A stretch of DNA of 64,000 nt from an uncultured Nitrospiraceae bacterium (GCA_963846575.1 CAWJWJ010000002.1:1632001-1696000); one strand, 5' to 3'; numbered from the stretch's first letter, positions 9,296-20,398 are shown. The notes: generated from the sequence alone by a model not told the origin. Made by a program: numbers and translations.

Positions 9296-10606
9296 ATGAC
9301 GATGCCACGCAAAGCACAGCGGACGAGGATCATGCAAAGCTTTCGCCTCATGGTTTCCAGCGGAGTGCTGCGAACGGCCGCCATGGATCCCGGCCTCCTG
9401 CCTCGTCCTTGGACGCCTCCCGCACCGGCTCCGGTTCGAGGGGCGGCGGCAGCGCCTCAGGGACATCCCTGGTTTCGTCGAGCGGTTGTCGGCATGGCGG
9501 CATTTCTGACAATCTCCTTGCTCACGGTCTCGATGGCCCAGGCCGTCCGTGTCAAGGACGTCGCCACCATCGAAGGCGTTCGCGAAAACCAGTTGATCGG
9601 ATACGGACTGGTCGTGGGTCTGGATCGCACGGGCGACCAGGTCATCGGTGGACAGTTCACCATTCAGGCCATGATGTCCATGTTGAACAAGATGGGCATC
9701 AATCTGGTCATCGATCCCATTCAGTTGCTGACGCGCAATATCGCGTCGGTCATGGTGACGGCGAAGCTTCCCCCGTTCGTCAAACCTGGCATGACGCTCG
9801 ATGCGGTCGTGTCTTCCATGGCGAATGCCAAGAGTCTCCAGGGCGGCACGTTGCTGTCGACACCGTTGAAAGCCCCCAACCAGCAGGTCTTTGCGGTGGC
9901 GCAGGGGCCGGTCTCCATCGGAGGGTTTCTGGGGGGGACCGGAGGGCCGGGCGGCGCCACGATTTCAAAAAATCACCAGGCGGCCGGGGTCGTTCCCGCC
10001 GGAGCCATCGTCGAAAAAGAACTGGTCGTCGATATCGAGACCTGGGATACGGTGTCGGTTCTCCTCCGGCATCCTGATTTCACCACCGCGATCAGGACGG
10101 CGGAAGCGATCGACGGCACATTTGGAAAGGGCACGGCCGTGCCGGTGAATGCGGGACTGGTCAAGACTACGCTTCCGTCAGTCTTCCATGGCCGGGTGGT
10201 CGAATACATCGCGACGATGGAGGGATTGGACGTGACGGTCGATGTCGCGGCCAAGGTGGTGGTGAACGAGCGCACCGGGACTGTGGTCTTAGGAGAACAT
10301 GTTCGCCTCTCAACCTGCGCCATCTCCCACGGCAACCTCACGATTTCGGTGAAAAATACCCTCAATGTCTCCCAACCCCCTGCACCCCTCATCGGGTCCA
10401 CGGGAGGGCAGACCACCGTTACGCCGGACGTGCAGACTGAGGTCACCGAACAGGAATCGCGCCTCATAGTCGTCGATCAAACGGTGACACTCGGAGAGGT
10501 GGTGCGTGCGTTGAATGCGGTGGGGGTGACGCCGCGCGATCTGGTGGCCATTCTCTCCGCGCTACGATCGGCAGGCGCACTTCAAGCGAACCTTGAGATC
10601 GTGTAG
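9296..10606 (+). CDS. flgI: P-ring protein FlgI
   Basis: RVKDVATIEGVRENQLIGYGLVVGLDRTGD, AKSLQGGTLL, VVVNERTGTVV; start placed at the ATG after AGGAG. Confidence 0.95.
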   Translation: MTMPRKAQRTRIMQSFRLMVSSGVLRTAAMDPGLLPRPWTPPAPAPVRGAAAAPQGHPWFRRAVVGMAAFLTISLLTVSMAQAVRVKDVATIEGVRENQLIGYGLVVGLDRTGDQVIGGQFTIQAMMSMLNKMGINLVIDPIQLLTRNIASVMVTAKLPPFVKPGMTLDAVVSSMANAKSLQGGTLLSTPLKAPNQQVFAVAQGPVSIGGFLGGTGGPGGATISKNHQAAGVVPAGAIVEKELVVDIETWDTVSVLLRHPDFTTAIRTAEAIDGTFGKGTAVPVNAGLVKTTLPSVFHGRVVEYIATMEGLDVTVDVAAKVVVNERTGTVVLGEHVRLSTCAISHGNLTISVKNTLNVSQPPAPLIGSTGGQTTVTPDVQTEVTEQESRLIVVDQTVTLGEVVRALNAVGVTPRDLVAILSALRSAGALQANLEIV

Positions 10607-10623
10607 GAAAGGGATCGGCCATT

Positions 10624-10953
10624 ATGGACATGACTAATCTCATTACCGGGCAGGTCGACCTGGCACGAATGTCCGCCTCACAGCCGGTTACCCTGGGTGG
10701 GGTAGGGGATGCCGTACGGGCAGGGGAGAGGACCGGAGCCGAGCTGCACAAGGCCGCACAGGAATTCGAATCGTACTTTATCTCCTATCTTATGAAAAAC
10801 ATGCGCGAAACTGTCCCCAAAGGACTCTTCGACAGGAAGGGAGAGCAGGTCTGGTATTCGTTCTACGACCAGGAGATCGCAAAACTGGCCACGCAAGCGG
10901 GAGGAATCGGCATCACGGCTTTCGTCGATGCCTATACGGAAAAACACCGCTGA
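10624..10953 (+). CDS. flgJ: Short FlgJ (rod-binding domain only, no muramidase)
   Basis: LHKAAQEFESYFISYLMKNMRETV...GGIGI; follows flgI. Confidence 0.85.
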   Translation: MDMTNLITGQVDLARMSASQPVTLGGVGDAVRAGERTGAELHKAAQEFESYFISYLMKNMRETVPKGLFDRKGEQVWYSFYDQEIAKLATQAGGIGITAFVDAYTEKHR

Positions 10954-10967
10954 TCTCGGCATTCTCC

Positions 10968-10995
10968 TAAAGTTCCCCGGCCATTTCGCCGATAG
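10968..10995 (+). promoter_or_regulatory. sigma28 promoter for flgM-flgN-flgK-flgL
   Basis: TAAAGTTC-N12-GCCGATAG. Confidence 0.85.
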
Positions 10996-11054
10996 AGTAC
11001 TCGGCTAGGGGAAAGTCCCAGACGGGACGCCCGGGAATTGGGAGGAGAAGAGCC

Positions 11055-11360
11055 ATGGAGATCTCACAGAACGGCAGATCCGCAGATCTCGCGAAAATCC
11101 TGCTGGGAGTCCAAGGGACGGACCGGACTCAGAGCAAGAAAACGGCATCCCACAATGCCGGGACTCAAGACCAGGTACAGATATCCGACCAGGCCAAGGA
11201 ACTGCAGCGCCTCAGGGCGGCGGCCGAACAGCCCAATACGGAACGAGACGCCAAGGTTGACCAGATCAAACAGTCGGTGGAGGGCGGAACCTATAGGATC
11301 GATGGCAAGCAGGTTGCGGACGCCATGATTCGCAGTGTCCTGACCGATTCGGTCCTGTAA
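11055..11360 (+). CDS. flgM: Anti-sigma28 factor FlgM
   Basis: DQVQISDQA...RDAKVDQIKQSVEGGTYRIDGKQVADAM; GGAGGAG RBS. Confidence 0.9.
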   Translation: MEISQNGRSADLAKILLGVQGTDRTQSKKTASHNAGTQDQVQISDQAKELQRLRAAAEQPNTERDAKVDQIKQSVEGGTYRIDGKQVADAMIRSVLTDSVL

Positions 11361-11438
11361 CCCTTCACTCATCGGCTCGATCCGTCGTTCCAGACAGGTG
11401 ACGAACCATACTCACCCTTCCGATGAGGGACCTCCTCG

Positions 11439-11885
11439 ATGACCCGTCAGCAACCCTTAGCGACAGCCCCTGAAACCCCGGTCCGACGGATGCTCGAGAA
11501 GATTCTCGCGTTTCAAGGGTTGCTCATTGAAGAACAACAAGCCATTCGCTCCCTGTCGTTCGGGCAGTTCACAACGGTAACCTCGCGTAAATCTCAACTG
11601 CTGGACGAGATTCGAACTCTCGAGCAACAACGCCGGGCGCTCCTCTCCCGTTCAGGTGATCAGGCCCTTCTTCCTGCGATACAACAACAGGAGGCCGAAC
11701 TCGCCGCCGCCATCGGACAGACCGACCGACTGAACCGGTTGAACGGAGCGCTGATCGGCCAATCGCTCGAATTCCTGGAAGGGACGTTACGGCTCTGGCA
11801 GCGCTCGCCGGAATCGGCGGCCCTCTACTCTTCCTCCGGCGCACATGTTCCCGACACGACACGCAGCGTAGGAACCACGGGATAA
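11439..11885 (+). CDS. flgN: Flagellar export chaperone FlgN
   Basis: Helical protein with LNRLNGALI...LYSSSG; lies between flgM and flgK. Confidence 0.75.
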   Translation: MTRQQPLATAPETPVRRMLEKILAFQGLLIEEQQAIRSLSFGQFTTVTSRKSQLLDEIRTLEQQRRALLSRSGDQALLPAIQQQEAELAAAIGQTDRLNRLNGALIGQSLEFLEGTLRLWQRSPESAALYSSSGAHVPDTTRSVGTTG

Positions 11886-11895
11886 CGAGGATCGT

Positions 11896-13290
11896 ATGGC
11901 TGGACTCAACGGTTTGTTCGGCATCGGGTCCAATGCCCTGGCCACTTACCAGCGTGCGCTGTCCGTGACCGGTCAAAATATCGCGAACGTCAATACCCCC
12001 GGTTATTCCCGCCAGGAGGTGGTTCTGAGCGCCACCCTTCCGGAACACGGCCGCCCCGGCCAGATTGGAACCGGCGTCGAAGCCACTGAGGTCCGGCGTT
12101 CCGTGGATACGTTCGTCGAACAGCAATTGTTGAACTCACACGAACGGCTCGGTGAGTACGGAGCTTCACAAAGTGCGCTCTCCCAAATAGAGCCCATTTT
12201 CTCCGATTCGAACGATCAGGGCGTAGCCGCAGGGCTGAACGAGTTCTTCAAGGCCTGGCAGGATGTCGCCACCAATCCCGCCGACCTGACGAGTCGAACG
12301 GTGCTGCTCTCGAAAGCCGACGTGGTGGCCAAGCGTCTCAACGAAACCACCACCCAGCTCTCCTCTCAACGGACCTCTTTGGACGGTCAAATCCAGCAGG
12401 GCATCACCGACGTCAACCAACTGTCCAGCCAGATCGCCACTCTCAATGGTCAGATCAAGTTAGTCGAGGTCAGCGGTCAGCAGGCCAATGACCTGCGCGA
12501 CCAGCGGGGCCAGCTGCTGAACAAGCTGGGCGGATTGATCGATATCTCTGCCCTCGAGGACTCCACCGGACAAGTCACGGTATCGGTCGGAATCGGGCAG
12601 GTCTTGGTGGCTCAGCAGACTGCCTTCAGGCTCACCGGCGTCTCCAACTCCGGCAACGCGGGTCTTCTGGACGTGCACTACGACAATGGCAGCGGCACGA
12701 CGACCGATCTGACCTCGGTCATCCGGAGCGGCGGCCTGAAGGGGTTGATCGATGCGCGCGATACGACAGCCGCCGGGCTGCAGACGTCGCTCGATACGCT
12801 GGCCTCCCAGATCGTCACGCAAGTCAATACCCGGCATCGTACGGGGTATGGATTGGATGGATCCACGACCCAGGATTTCTTTGCAGCAGGGGGAACCACG
12901 GCCGCCACGATCAGTGTCGGCTTGACCGATCGCCGCCAGATCGCGGCCTCTTCCACCGCAGCGGGAGTTCCCGGTAACAATGCCAATGCCCTGGCAGTCG
13001 CCGCCCTGCAGACGACCGCCCTTGCAGGGCTGGGCAACGCCACGTTCCATGACTACTACAGCGCCATGGCCGGAAGTTTTGGTTCAACCCTGAAGGGGGC
13101 TCAAGACGATTTGCAGGGACAGGAGCTGCTGCACGGGCAATTAGAATCCCATCGAGCGGAGGTCTCAGGGGTTTCGATGGATGAAGAACTGATCAACCTG
13201 TTGAAGTACCAGCGTGCCTTTCAGGCAGCGTCCAAATTGATCACGACCAGTGATGAAATGTTGCAGACGATCCTGTCCCTCAAACGATAG
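11896..13290 (+). CDS. flgK: Hook-associated protein 1 FlgK
   Basis: GQNIANVNTPGYSRQ, ANDLRDQR, SGVSMDEELINLLKYQRAFQAASK. Confidence 0.96.
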   Translation: MAGLNGLFGIGSNALATYQRALSVTGQNIANVNTPGYSRQEVVLSATLPEHGRPGQIGTGVEATEVRRSVDTFVEQQLLNSHERLGEYGASQSALSQIEPIFSDSNDQGVAAGLNEFFKAWQDVATNPADLTSRTVLLSKADVVAKRLNETTTQLSSQRTSLDGQIQQGITDVNQLSSQIATLNGQIKLVEVSGQQANDLRDQRGQLLNKLGGLIDISALEDSTGQVTVSVGIGQVLVAQQTAFRLTGVSNSGNAGLLDVHYDNGSGTTTDLTSVIRSGGLKGLIDARDTTAAGLQTSLDTLASQIVTQVNTRHRTGYGLDGSTTQDFFAAGGTTAATISVGLTDRRQIAASSTAAGVPGNNANALAVAALQTTALAGLGNATFHDYYSAMAGSFGSTLKGAQDDLQGQELLHGQLESHRAEVSGVSMDEELINLLKYQRAFQAASKLITTSDEMLQTILSLKR

Positions 13291-13319
13291 TCGATGGCGA
13301 CTGACGGGGAGTGGAACCC

Positions 13320-14210
13320 ATGAGAGTGGCTGACCAACAGATCTACGGAACGCTGTTAAACAATCTCCAACGCTCACGTTCTCACATTCTCACCGCTCAA
13401 GAACAAATTTCAAGCCAGAAGCGGGTGGCGACTCCGTCTGACGACCCCGGCGCCTTCGGACAGATTGTGCTGGGGAAGTCGGCCCTCGCACAGAACACAC
13501 AATGGACTCGCAATATCAATTTCGGCACGGCCAGGGTGGATGCGGCGGACCAGGCATTGGCGCAGTCCCAAAATCTGATCTCACGCGTTCGCGAACTGAC
13601 GGTGCAAGCCGCCAGCGACACGACATCGGCGGAAGGGCGTAGCACCATCGCCAAAGAAGTCCGCCAGATTCAGCGCCAACTGGTACAGCTGGGAAATACG
13701 GAAGTGGCAGGACAGGCGATTTTCGCCGGGACGAAGACTGACGTCACGCCGTTCACGATCACCTCGGGCGATACGGTGGCGTACCAGGGCAATACCGAAA
13801 CCCAGTCGATCGCAGTCAGTGAAAATCAGACTGTGCAAATTCTGATTCCCGGGAGCAGTATCTTTACCGGATCGACGACAAATATCTTCGACTCTCTGCG
13901 GGATCTGCTCACCGCCCTTGAGGGGAACAACGTCAACGGCGTCCAAACCGGTCTCGGCAATCTTGATCTCGCCACGGCTCAGATCAGTGATGCGCAGGGC
14001 ACGATCGGGGCCTTGGGAAACCGGCTCCAAATCACCCGGGATGCCTTGGACACGGCCAATCTGACCATTTCAAAATCCATTTCCGACAATCAGGATGTTG
14101 ATTTGGCCACGGCCATCACCCAGCTCAGTCTCCAACAAGTCTCGGTGCAGGCGGCCAGCCAGGCCTTCAGTCGAATTTTCGACACCTCTCTCCTGAACTA
14201 CCTCCGCTAA
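13320..14210 (+). CDS. flgL: Hook-associated protein 3 FlgL
   Basis: QISSQKRVATPSDDP, C-terminal SLLNYLR; follows flgK. Confidence 0.93.
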   Translation: MRVADQQIYGTLLNNLQRSRSHILTAQEQISSQKRVATPSDDPGAFGQIVLGKSALAQNTQWTRNINFGTARVDAADQALAQSQNLISRVRELTVQAASDTTSAEGRSTIAKEVRQIQRQLVQLGNTEVAGQAIFAGTKTDVTPFTITSGDTVAYQGNTETQSIAVSENQTVQILIPGSSIFTGSTTNIFDSLRDLLTALEGNNVNGVQTGLGNLDLATAQISDAQGTIGALGNRLQITRDALDTANLTISKSISDNQDVDLATAITQLSLQQVSVQAASQAFSRIFDTSLLNYLR

Positions 14211-14217
14211 CCCGCCC

Positions 14218-14245
14218 TTAAGTTCACTTTCATCCCGACCGATAC
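14218..14245 (+). promoter_or_regulatory. sigma28 promoter for csrA-fliW
   Basis: TTAAGTTC-N12-ACCGATAC. Confidence 0.7.
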
Positions 14246-14283
14246 AGCCCTGTACCTGTATCCACAAGCCAAGGAAGGCTGCC

Positions 14284-14529
14284 ATGCTCGTGTTATCCAG
14301 ACGTCGAGGAGAAGGCGTCACCATCGGTCCGGACGTCCGCATTGTCGTACTCGGCATCAAAGGCGGACAGGTGAGGCTCGGAATTGAAGCACCGCCCAAG
14401 GTGGAGGTCCATCGGGACGAGGTCCATGCGAGGATTCAAGAAGAAAATCGGAGCGCGGCGGGTCCGGGCGTGATTCCGCTCGAAGCCTTCCGCCAATTGT
14501 CGAATAAAAGCGGGCGCCGTGGAACCTGA
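14284..14529 (+). CDS. csrA: Translational regulator CsrA (FliW-regulated type with C-terminal extension)
   Basis: MLVLSRRRGEGVTIG...QVRLGIEAP.....HRDEV...IQEEN. Confidence 0.95.
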   Translation: MLVLSRRRGEGVTIGPDVRIVVLGIKGGQVRLGIEAPPKVEVHRDEVHARIQEENRSAAGPGVIPLEAFRQLSNKSGRRGT

Positions 14530-14538
14530 GGTGGCCTT

Positions 14539-15015
14539 ATGAAGGGTGAGTCGACGCGGTTTGGGACGTTCGAGGTACCGGATGACCGGGTGCTGGTGTT
14601 CCCGTCAGGCATCCTGGGATTCCCGGAATGGACAAAATACGTGCTGCTTGATCATGACACGGATGCGCCGTTCAAATGGCTGCAGTGCATGGAAGCCCCC
14701 CAATTGGCATTCGTGGTCCTGGACCCTGCGTTGTTCAAGCCTGATTACCAGATTCAGATTCCTCTGGATGGCCTGATCGAGATCCAGAAGCAGGATAGCG
14801 ATGAACTGTCGGTCGTGACCGTTCTGACTATTCCCTCACATGATCCCGGCGCAGTGACCGCCAATCTACGAGGCCCGTTGGTCATGAACCACCGCACCAG
14901 ACTCTGCAAACAATTGGTGCTGTCGGAAGATCTGCCGACCCGCTATCCGCTTTTTTCCCGTGCTACCGCCCAACATCCATCGAGCGACCTGCCTCTTCAG
15001 GCATCCGCCTGTTGA
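14539..15015 (+). CDS. fliW: Flagellar assembly factor FliW
   Basis: STRFG, FPSGILGF, PFKWLQ, TANLRGPLVMN; adjacent to csrA. Confidence 0.92.
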   Translation: MKGESTRFGTFEVPDDRVLVFPSGILGFPEWTKYVLLDHDTDAPFKWLQCMEAPQLAFVVLDPALFKPDYQIQIPLDGLIEIQKQDSDELSVVTVLTIPSHDPGAVTANLRGPLVMNHRTRLCKQLVLSEDLPTRYPLFSRATAQHPSSDLPLQASAC

Positions 15016-15135
15016 GCCTCCGGCAGAAGCCACCCTCATCGTAGGTCTTCCGGGACATCGCCACACCAAGCGCCGCCCGTTCACGGGCAGAGGCTCAATC
15101 GACCGCCATGTGTGATGTGAAAAAATGTCGAACTG

Positions 15136-17967
15136 TCAGCTCTTATTGATCTGGCGTGTCAGGACGTCAACGAGCTGGTCAACGGTGCGTTGAAGTTGCA
15201 CCAGCAGGGCGGGGGACTCTGCGAGGGTGCCGAGCCGACCGGTTGCTTCCAACTGGCTAGCCAGCAACACCACATCCGGTGCGCATAGATTTCCGGCCGT
15301 GCCCTTCATGCTATGGGCCGCACGTTCAAGTGCCACGCTATCGCCCCGGCCGATGGCGATCTCAATTTCATTCACCATGGAGCGATGCCGATCGACAAAC
15401 AGGCGAATCAGTTGATCGAAGAGGACGAGGTCTCCGCCGATATTCGTGAGCATCATAGTGGCATCAAAGATGCTGGCATCGCTTTTGGACATCTCACGTA
15501 CCGGGGTAGGGGCGGGGACCGCTTCGATCGGTGCCAACGGAACCCACCGCTGCAAAATACTACCCAGATCGTCGGTCTTCACCGGTTTGGAGAGGTAGTC
15601 ATCCATTCCGGCGGCCTTGCAACGCTCGCGGTCTCCCTGCATGGCATTCGCGGTGAGCGCAATGATGGGGACGTGGGCCCGGTCCCGAGACACCTCGCCT
15701 TCCTGCTCCTGCTCGCGAATGCGGCGCGTCGCCTCATACCCGTCCATGACCGGCATCTGGCAATCCATCACGATCGCGGAATACAGCTCGCGATCGAAGG
15801 CGGCCAGCGCCTCCTCGCCGTTCGAAACAATGTCCGGCTGGTAGCCGAGGCGCTCGAGCATCCGGACCGCCAGCTTCTGATTGACCAGATTATCCTCCGC
15901 TACGAGAATACGCGGACGATTGCGCTGCTCAGCCAGCGTATGTCGCGTCACGAGGGCCGGCATGTCCGCCGTCGACCTCCTTGCACCGGGAGCTGGCGCC
16001 GCCGCCGCTTGTTGCAATCCGAATACCACACGCAGACAGCCCTGCAGCTGATCGTGACGGACCGGCTTCGTGAGATACGCGTTGAACCCCGCCCGCCGCG
16101 CCCGCTCCGCATGACCGGGCTGAAAGAGCGACGTCAACACGATGAGCTGGAGCGGCGCGTTATGCGGCTGTGATTTGATCTCCTGCGCGAGTTGGAGGCC
16201 GTCCTTTCCAGGCATGACCATATCAAGCACGGCTACGTCATAGGGCAGGCCTTCGCTGGCGGCCCGATTCAGCAGCTGCATGGCTTCGTCCGCATCTTTC
16301 GCCTGATCGTCTTGCATCCCCCACCCGGACACCAGATGATGCAGAATCGTTCGATTCGATTCGTTGTCGTCGACGATGAGAATGCGGCGTCCCGTCAGTT
16401 CGGCAGAGGGAACGATGGCCGGCGGACAGACCGACTGTTTCTGAAACGTCGCCGTACACCAGAACGTGGTTCCTTCGCCAAGCCGGCTGCGCACTCCGAC
16501 TTTCCCACCCATGAGTTCAATCAGTTGCTTGGAAATCGCCAGGCCGAGACCGGTGCCGCCGTACTTGCGGGTTGTGGAGCTGTCGGCTTGTGCAAAGGGT
16601 TGAAACAACCGATTCTGGACTTCTTCACTGATCCCGATGCCTGAATCCGTGACCTCGAACCGGATCGTGACGGCGGAGGCGGATTCGCTCTCCTGAAAGG
16701 CCTGGAGCGCCACTTCCCCGGACTCGGTGAACTTGATGGCATTACCCATAAAATTCGTCAGGACCTGCCGTAAGCGGGCAGGATCGCCGCGCAAGGCATT
16801 GGGCACCGCGGCATGCACCAGACCGGTGATCTCAAGACCTTTACGCTGAGCACGCTCGGCAAACTGGGAGAGCACGTCTTCCACCGTCGTGCGCAGGTGG
16901 AAGTCCAACGTCTCCAACTCCAGTTTTCCGGCTTCGATTTTACTGCACTCCAGGACGTCGTTGATCAGATAGAGCTGAGCCTCTCCGCATTGCTGAATCG
17001 TTTGCGCGAACGATCGTTGCTCTTCGCTGAGTTCCGTATCGAGCAGGAGACCGGCCATGCCGATCACACCGTTCATCGGCGTCCGTAGCTCGTGACTGAT
17101 GGTCGCGAGAAACGTCGATTTGGCACGGGTAGCCGCCTGGGCCTGTTGCAACGCTTGATCCAGTTGGCGATTGCTTTCGCGGAGATGGTCGGCCGTCTCG
17201 TTGAGCGCGCGGTGGGCGGCATATACGTCACTCAGATCCCTGGCATAGGCACGCACGAGGGCATGAGTGGCTACCGGGCAGAGGGTCCAACTATAACAGG
17301 CGTCGCCACGCACCACCTCGTGAGACGCCAGGCTGCGTCCCTCACGCAGGCAGGTGCTCACCAGATCAAGGAGATTGTCAGGCAGAATTTCAGGTTTGCC
17401 GGTTGCGTCATAACCGAACCGGCATATCACTTCGACCATGGCGGGATTGACGTACACCAGCGTACCGTCTCCATCGAGTTCGACAACCGGGTAGGGGCTT
17501 TCCTCCGCCACTGCCGCCAGACGATTCCGGTCCTGCTCCAGCTCACGCTCATGGGATATATCGCGAAGGGTCAGAAGAGCGGCAACCGCCGGAACCCCTG
17601 ATAGGCGGAGTTGCTGCCATTCGACGACGGTGACCAGGCGCTGCTCGGAGCTCGTCCTGGTCCCGGTAGGTTCGGCCGAGGATGCGCGTGCATCTGCCAA
17701 CTTCCATATGCCGGTCGCACGGAGCGACGCGTTCAAATCGAGACGCTGGCCGACGAGGTCCTCCAGAGATTTTCCCACACAGTCCGCCGTCGAACGGCGG
17801 AGAAGCCGGGCCGCGCTCCGATTGGCGAAGAGGATGTTCTGGTCCGCGGACAGCAGACAAATTCCCAGCGGCATTGCGTCCCACAAGAGGGCGGCGAGAT
17901 CCGGGGAGAGTGCGAGTCCTGCAGGATCCTGAGGGGTCGTGACACGTGAATGGGGGCTGCGATGCAT
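15136..17967 (-). CDS. Cytoplasmic hybrid histidine kinase (PAS-PAS-HisKA-HATPase-REC-REC-Hpt)
   Basis: [33 protein letters not shown]; two REC domains (LDMVMP, MDCQMP); Hpt AAHSMKG. Confidence 0.92.
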   Translation of the reverse strand: MHRSPHSRVTTPQDPAGLALSPDLAALLWDAMPLGICLLSADQNILFANRSAARLLRRSTADCVGKSLEDLVGQRLDLNASLRATGIWKLADARASSAEPTGTRTSSEQRLVTVVEWQQLRLSGVPAVAALLTLRDISHERELEQDRNRLAAVAEESPYPVVELDGDGTLVYVNPAMVEVICRFGYDATGKPEILPDNLLDLVSTCLREGRSLASHEVVRGDACYSWTLCPVATHALVRAYARDLSDVYAAHRALNETADHLRESNRQLDQALQQAQAATRAKSTFLATISHELRTPMNGVIGMAGLLLDTELSEEQRSFAQTIQQCGEAQLYLINDVLECSKIEAGKLELETLDFHLRTTVEDVLSQFAERAQRKGLEITGLVHAAVPNALRGDPARLRQVLTNFMGNAIKFTESGEVALQAFQESESASAVTIRFEVTDSGIGISEEVQNRLFQPFAQADSSTTRKYGGTGLGLAISKQLIELMGGKVGVRSRLGEGTTFWCTATFQKQSVCPPAIVPSAELTGRRILIVDDNESNRTILHHLVSGWGMQDDQAKDADEAMQLLNRAASEGLPYDVAVLDMVMPGKDGLQLAQEIKSQPHNAPLQLIVLTSLFQPGHAERARRAGFNAYLTKPVRHDQLQGCLRVVFGLQQAAAAPAPGARRSTADMPALVTRHTLAEQRNRPRILVAEDNLVNQKLAVRMLERLGYQPDIVSNGEEALAAFDRELYSAIVMDCQMPVMDGYEATRRIREQEQEGEVSRDRAHVPIIALTANAMQGDRERCKAAGMDDYLSKPVKTDDLGSILQRWVPLAPIEAVPAPTPVREMSKSDASIFDATMMLTNIGGDLVLFDQLIRLFVDRHRSMVNEIEIAIGRGDSVALERAAHSMKGTAGNLCAPDVVLLASQLEATGRLGTLAESPALLVQLQRTVDQLVDVLTRQINKS

Positions 17968-17969
17968 CC

Positions 17970-19280
17970 TTAGTTCCCGGTCAAGGCCGTTTCGAAATAC
18001 ACTGGAAGATCCACATGCTCCTGGTTGGGATCCAAGGCACGGAGAATCGCGCGCGTGGGCTCGTCGGAGCTCGAGACCGTCAGGTCGACATCGAGGGGGG
18101 TTTTGTGCAGATCCCCCGCCGGCCCGCTGATGATGCGAATCCTTGGTTTCAAACGATCCGTGTGATTGATGCCCGTCACCACGGCCTTCTCACTGGTGTT
18201 GAGCTTGATGAGGCTCCCGATAGGGTACACACCCAACGCTTTGATCGCGACCTCAATCAGCGCCTTGTCGTACCGGCCTTTCTCGCCCAATACGAAAAGC
18301 TGGCGGATCGCATCGTGGGGCAGGAGGGGCGGCCGCCCATGCCGGGAACCGACCATTCCGTCATAGGTATCGACCACGCTGACCAGTTGCGCCAATGTCG
18401 AGATAGCTCCCTTTCTCAGTCTGTTGGGAAAGCCATTGCCGTCTAACCATTCATGATGTTGGGCAATGATGCGGACAGCCTCCTCCGGCAGAGCGTCCCC
18501 CTGGGAGAGCAGGGTGGCAGCCAGGCGGGGATGCTGCTGCATGAGCGTCTGCTCCGGCTCGGTCAAGGCGCTGTTTTTTTTGTACACGTTCCGCGGTAGT
18601 CGCACATAGCCGATGTCATGGAGCAGCGCCCCGATCCCGAGCACTTCCCGCTCGGCCTCCTCACAGCCATATTCCACTCCGACGATGAGCGCCAGGACAC
18701 AGACATCGAGCCCATGGGAGGCGAGGGTGCGATCGTAGCGCCGCATCTTCTCGAGAAAGAATCGGGTCATCATCGATTCCGGATGCGCGAGTATCCGGGT
18801 CATGAGGCCCGTGACAATGTGTTTCAGGGTCGCGATCTTCGGCGACTGCCCGGCTTCGAGTTCTCTGAAGACCCGTTCCATGGCCTCCAACCCCTCGCGG
18901 TAGGCCATCTTCGCCGCAACGGCTGACTGGGCCAGAATTTCTGGTTCTGCTGAATTGAGGTCCTCGGCGGGATCGTGATCTGCGGATACCTCGTCGATCT
19001 TAGAGGAATGAGGTGGTGTCTCAGCGGCCGGGTCAGGGGAAACCGTTTCAGCGCTTGCCCCGGAGGTCTGTTCGTCCACCACTTGTCCCGCATCCACTCC
19101 ACGTTCGAGATCGATCGTGACCTCGCGAATCCCATGGCGCATCAATTGAGTAATGTCTTCGGGGTTGGTCACCAGCCATTTATGCAAAAGGAACGGCGTG
19201 CGATACCAGGGCTGATCCATGCCCACGATATACATACCTGGTTTTAATTGGGCGATCGGAATTCGTTTGATAGAATCCAT
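17970..19280 (-). CDS. HD-GYP c-di-GMP phosphodiesterase-family protein with DUF3391-like N-terminus
   Basis: QLKPGMYI...PWYRTPFL N-terminus; [23 protein letters not shown]; start moved to MDSIKR, downstream of the sigma28 site. Confidence 0.87.
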   Translation of the reverse strand: MDSIKRIPIAQLKPGMYIVGMDQPWYRTPFLLHKWLVTNPEDITQLMRHGIREVTIDLERGVDAGQVVDEQTSGASAETVSPDPAAETPPHSSKIDEVSADHDPAEDLNSAEPEILAQSAVAAKMAYREGLEAMERVFRELEAGQSPKIATLKHIVTGLMTRILAHPESMMTRFFLEKMRRYDRTLASHGLDVCVLALIVGVEYGCEEAEREVLGIGALLHDIGYVRLPRNVYKKNSALTEPEQTLMQQHPRLAATLLSQGDALPEEAVRIIAQHHEWLDGNGFPNRLRKGAISTLAQLVSVVDTYDGMVGSRHGRPPLLPHDAIRQLFVLGEKGRYDKALIEVAIKALGVYPIGSLIKLNTSEKAVVTGINHTDRLKPRIRIISGPAGDLHKTPLDVDLTVSSSDEPTRAILRALDPNQEHVDLPVYFETALTGN

Positions 19281-19356
19281 TGTCACGCCTGGCGTACGGG
19301 CTTCAACCGACCTGAGAAGCGAACAGTTCGCCTTCGCTGGTCCTTCCGTAGGGACC

Positions 19357-19384
19357 ATATCGGTTGATGAGGACTCGGTCTTAA
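19357..19384 (-). promoter_or_regulatory. sigma28 promoter for HD-GYP/hybrid kinase operon
   Basis: Minus strand reads TTAAGACC-N12-ACCGATAT. Confidence 0.7.
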
Positions 19385-19415
19385 CCCCCGGTCCTGGACG
19401 GAAGGGGAATGAACC

Positions 19416-19443
19416 TGTAGATTCCAGGCTCATGCGCCGATGT
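19416..19443 (+). promoter_or_regulatory. Candidate sigma28 promoter for PilZ brake gene
   Basis: TGTAGATT-N12-GCCGATGT. Confidence 0.5.
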
Positions 19444-19486
19444 AGCTCATCACTATCCGTTGCTATGCATCCGTAGGAGACGATCC

Positions 19487-20200
19487 GTGAACGATCTGAG
19501 CGTTCCCCGTTCGGCATCAGCCTTTCTCGCAGTCGGCCTGTGCATCCAACTGACCCTTTCCAAGGACGAGACCAAAGCTCAGTACGGATCCTCCATTCTC
19601 GGATGGAAACAGGACGGTTGGCTGATTTGTGAGTGGCCGTTCCATTTGGGGCAACCCGTTCCCTGCAACCCCGGAACGCGCGTGCTATTGCGATATATCT
19701 ATCAAGGAAAGATGATCGGCTATCACAGCGAGGTTCTGACCACTCATGTCCAGCCCTTTCCTTTTCTGCTTTTGAGCTTTCCTGCAGGCCTGGACGAGGT
19801 GCCGCTTCGTAAGCATGGCCGGATGGCGGCGCAAGAACCGGTCATGCTCCGTCATGTAAATGACGGATTGCCTCTGTCTGCCGCTGCTAGATTGACGCAG
19901 ATCGGCGGATTGCTGGTAGACCTGAGTGTCACCGGCTGCGCCATCCTCATCCAGAGACCCGTGAAAGAATTTGTGCCCGGCATGGTCTTACGAGTCGAAT
20001 TCGAAATCGTGGGGACCGGCCGGGTAGGGAATCTGGCAGGTGTGGTCCGGAACATGTCGACACAGGGCGGCGAGACGCATCTGGGCCTGGAATTCCGTTT
20101 CGACGGGAAAGAAACGATCGAATATCGCGGCTGGGGCGGATCGGTCAAGAATGCGCTTGAGTCCTTTGTCCTGCGAAGAAACTCGCTCCAGTCGCCTTAG
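19487..20200 (+). CDS. YcgR/MotI-like flagellar brake protein (PilZN + PilZ)
   Basis: RKHGR (RxxxR) and DLSVTG (DxSxxG); GTG start after AGGAG. Confidence 0.8.
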   Translation: MNDLSVPRSASAFLAVGLCIQLTLSKDETKAQYGSSILGWKQDGWLICEWPFHLGQPVPCNPGTRVLLRYIYQGKMIGYHSEVLTTHVQPFPFLLLSFPAGLDEVPLRKHGRMAAQEPVMLRHVNDGLPLSAAARLTQIGGLLVDLSVTGCAILIQRPVKEFVPGMVLRVEFEIVGTGRVGNLAGVVRNMSTQGGETHLGLEFRFDGKETIEYRGWGGSVKNALESFVLRRNSLQSP

Positions 20201-20398
20201 GCTGCAGGCCTTGCCGCGTACCGGGTAAATTTTGCCCGGCTTCTCCGATCGTCCCTTCATCTCACTCCTCAATTCATACACATGTGCGTCCTCTCCTCCG
20301 GCCCATCAGTGGCACACATCTTGATTGTTCACCTCATGCCGCCTCTCGTCCTGCGATGGACGGAGGGAAACATTCACAGGTGCAAGAGGGACGAGAAC

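Noticed and set aside
10996..11054. GGGGAAAGTCCC...GGGACGC in the flgM leader resembling a c-di-GMP-I riboswitch
   Set aside because: Lacks GGCAAAC and the AAAGCC/P3 elements, and the leader is too short; an Infernal RF01051 search would settle it
20221..20251. TAAATTTT...TCCGATCG as sigma28 promoter for the glycan island, plus a CCGGGTAAA/TTTGCCCGG inverted repeat
   Set aside because: The spacer is 10 nt rather than the 12 nt seen elsewhere; the repeat is short, imperfect and has no U-tract
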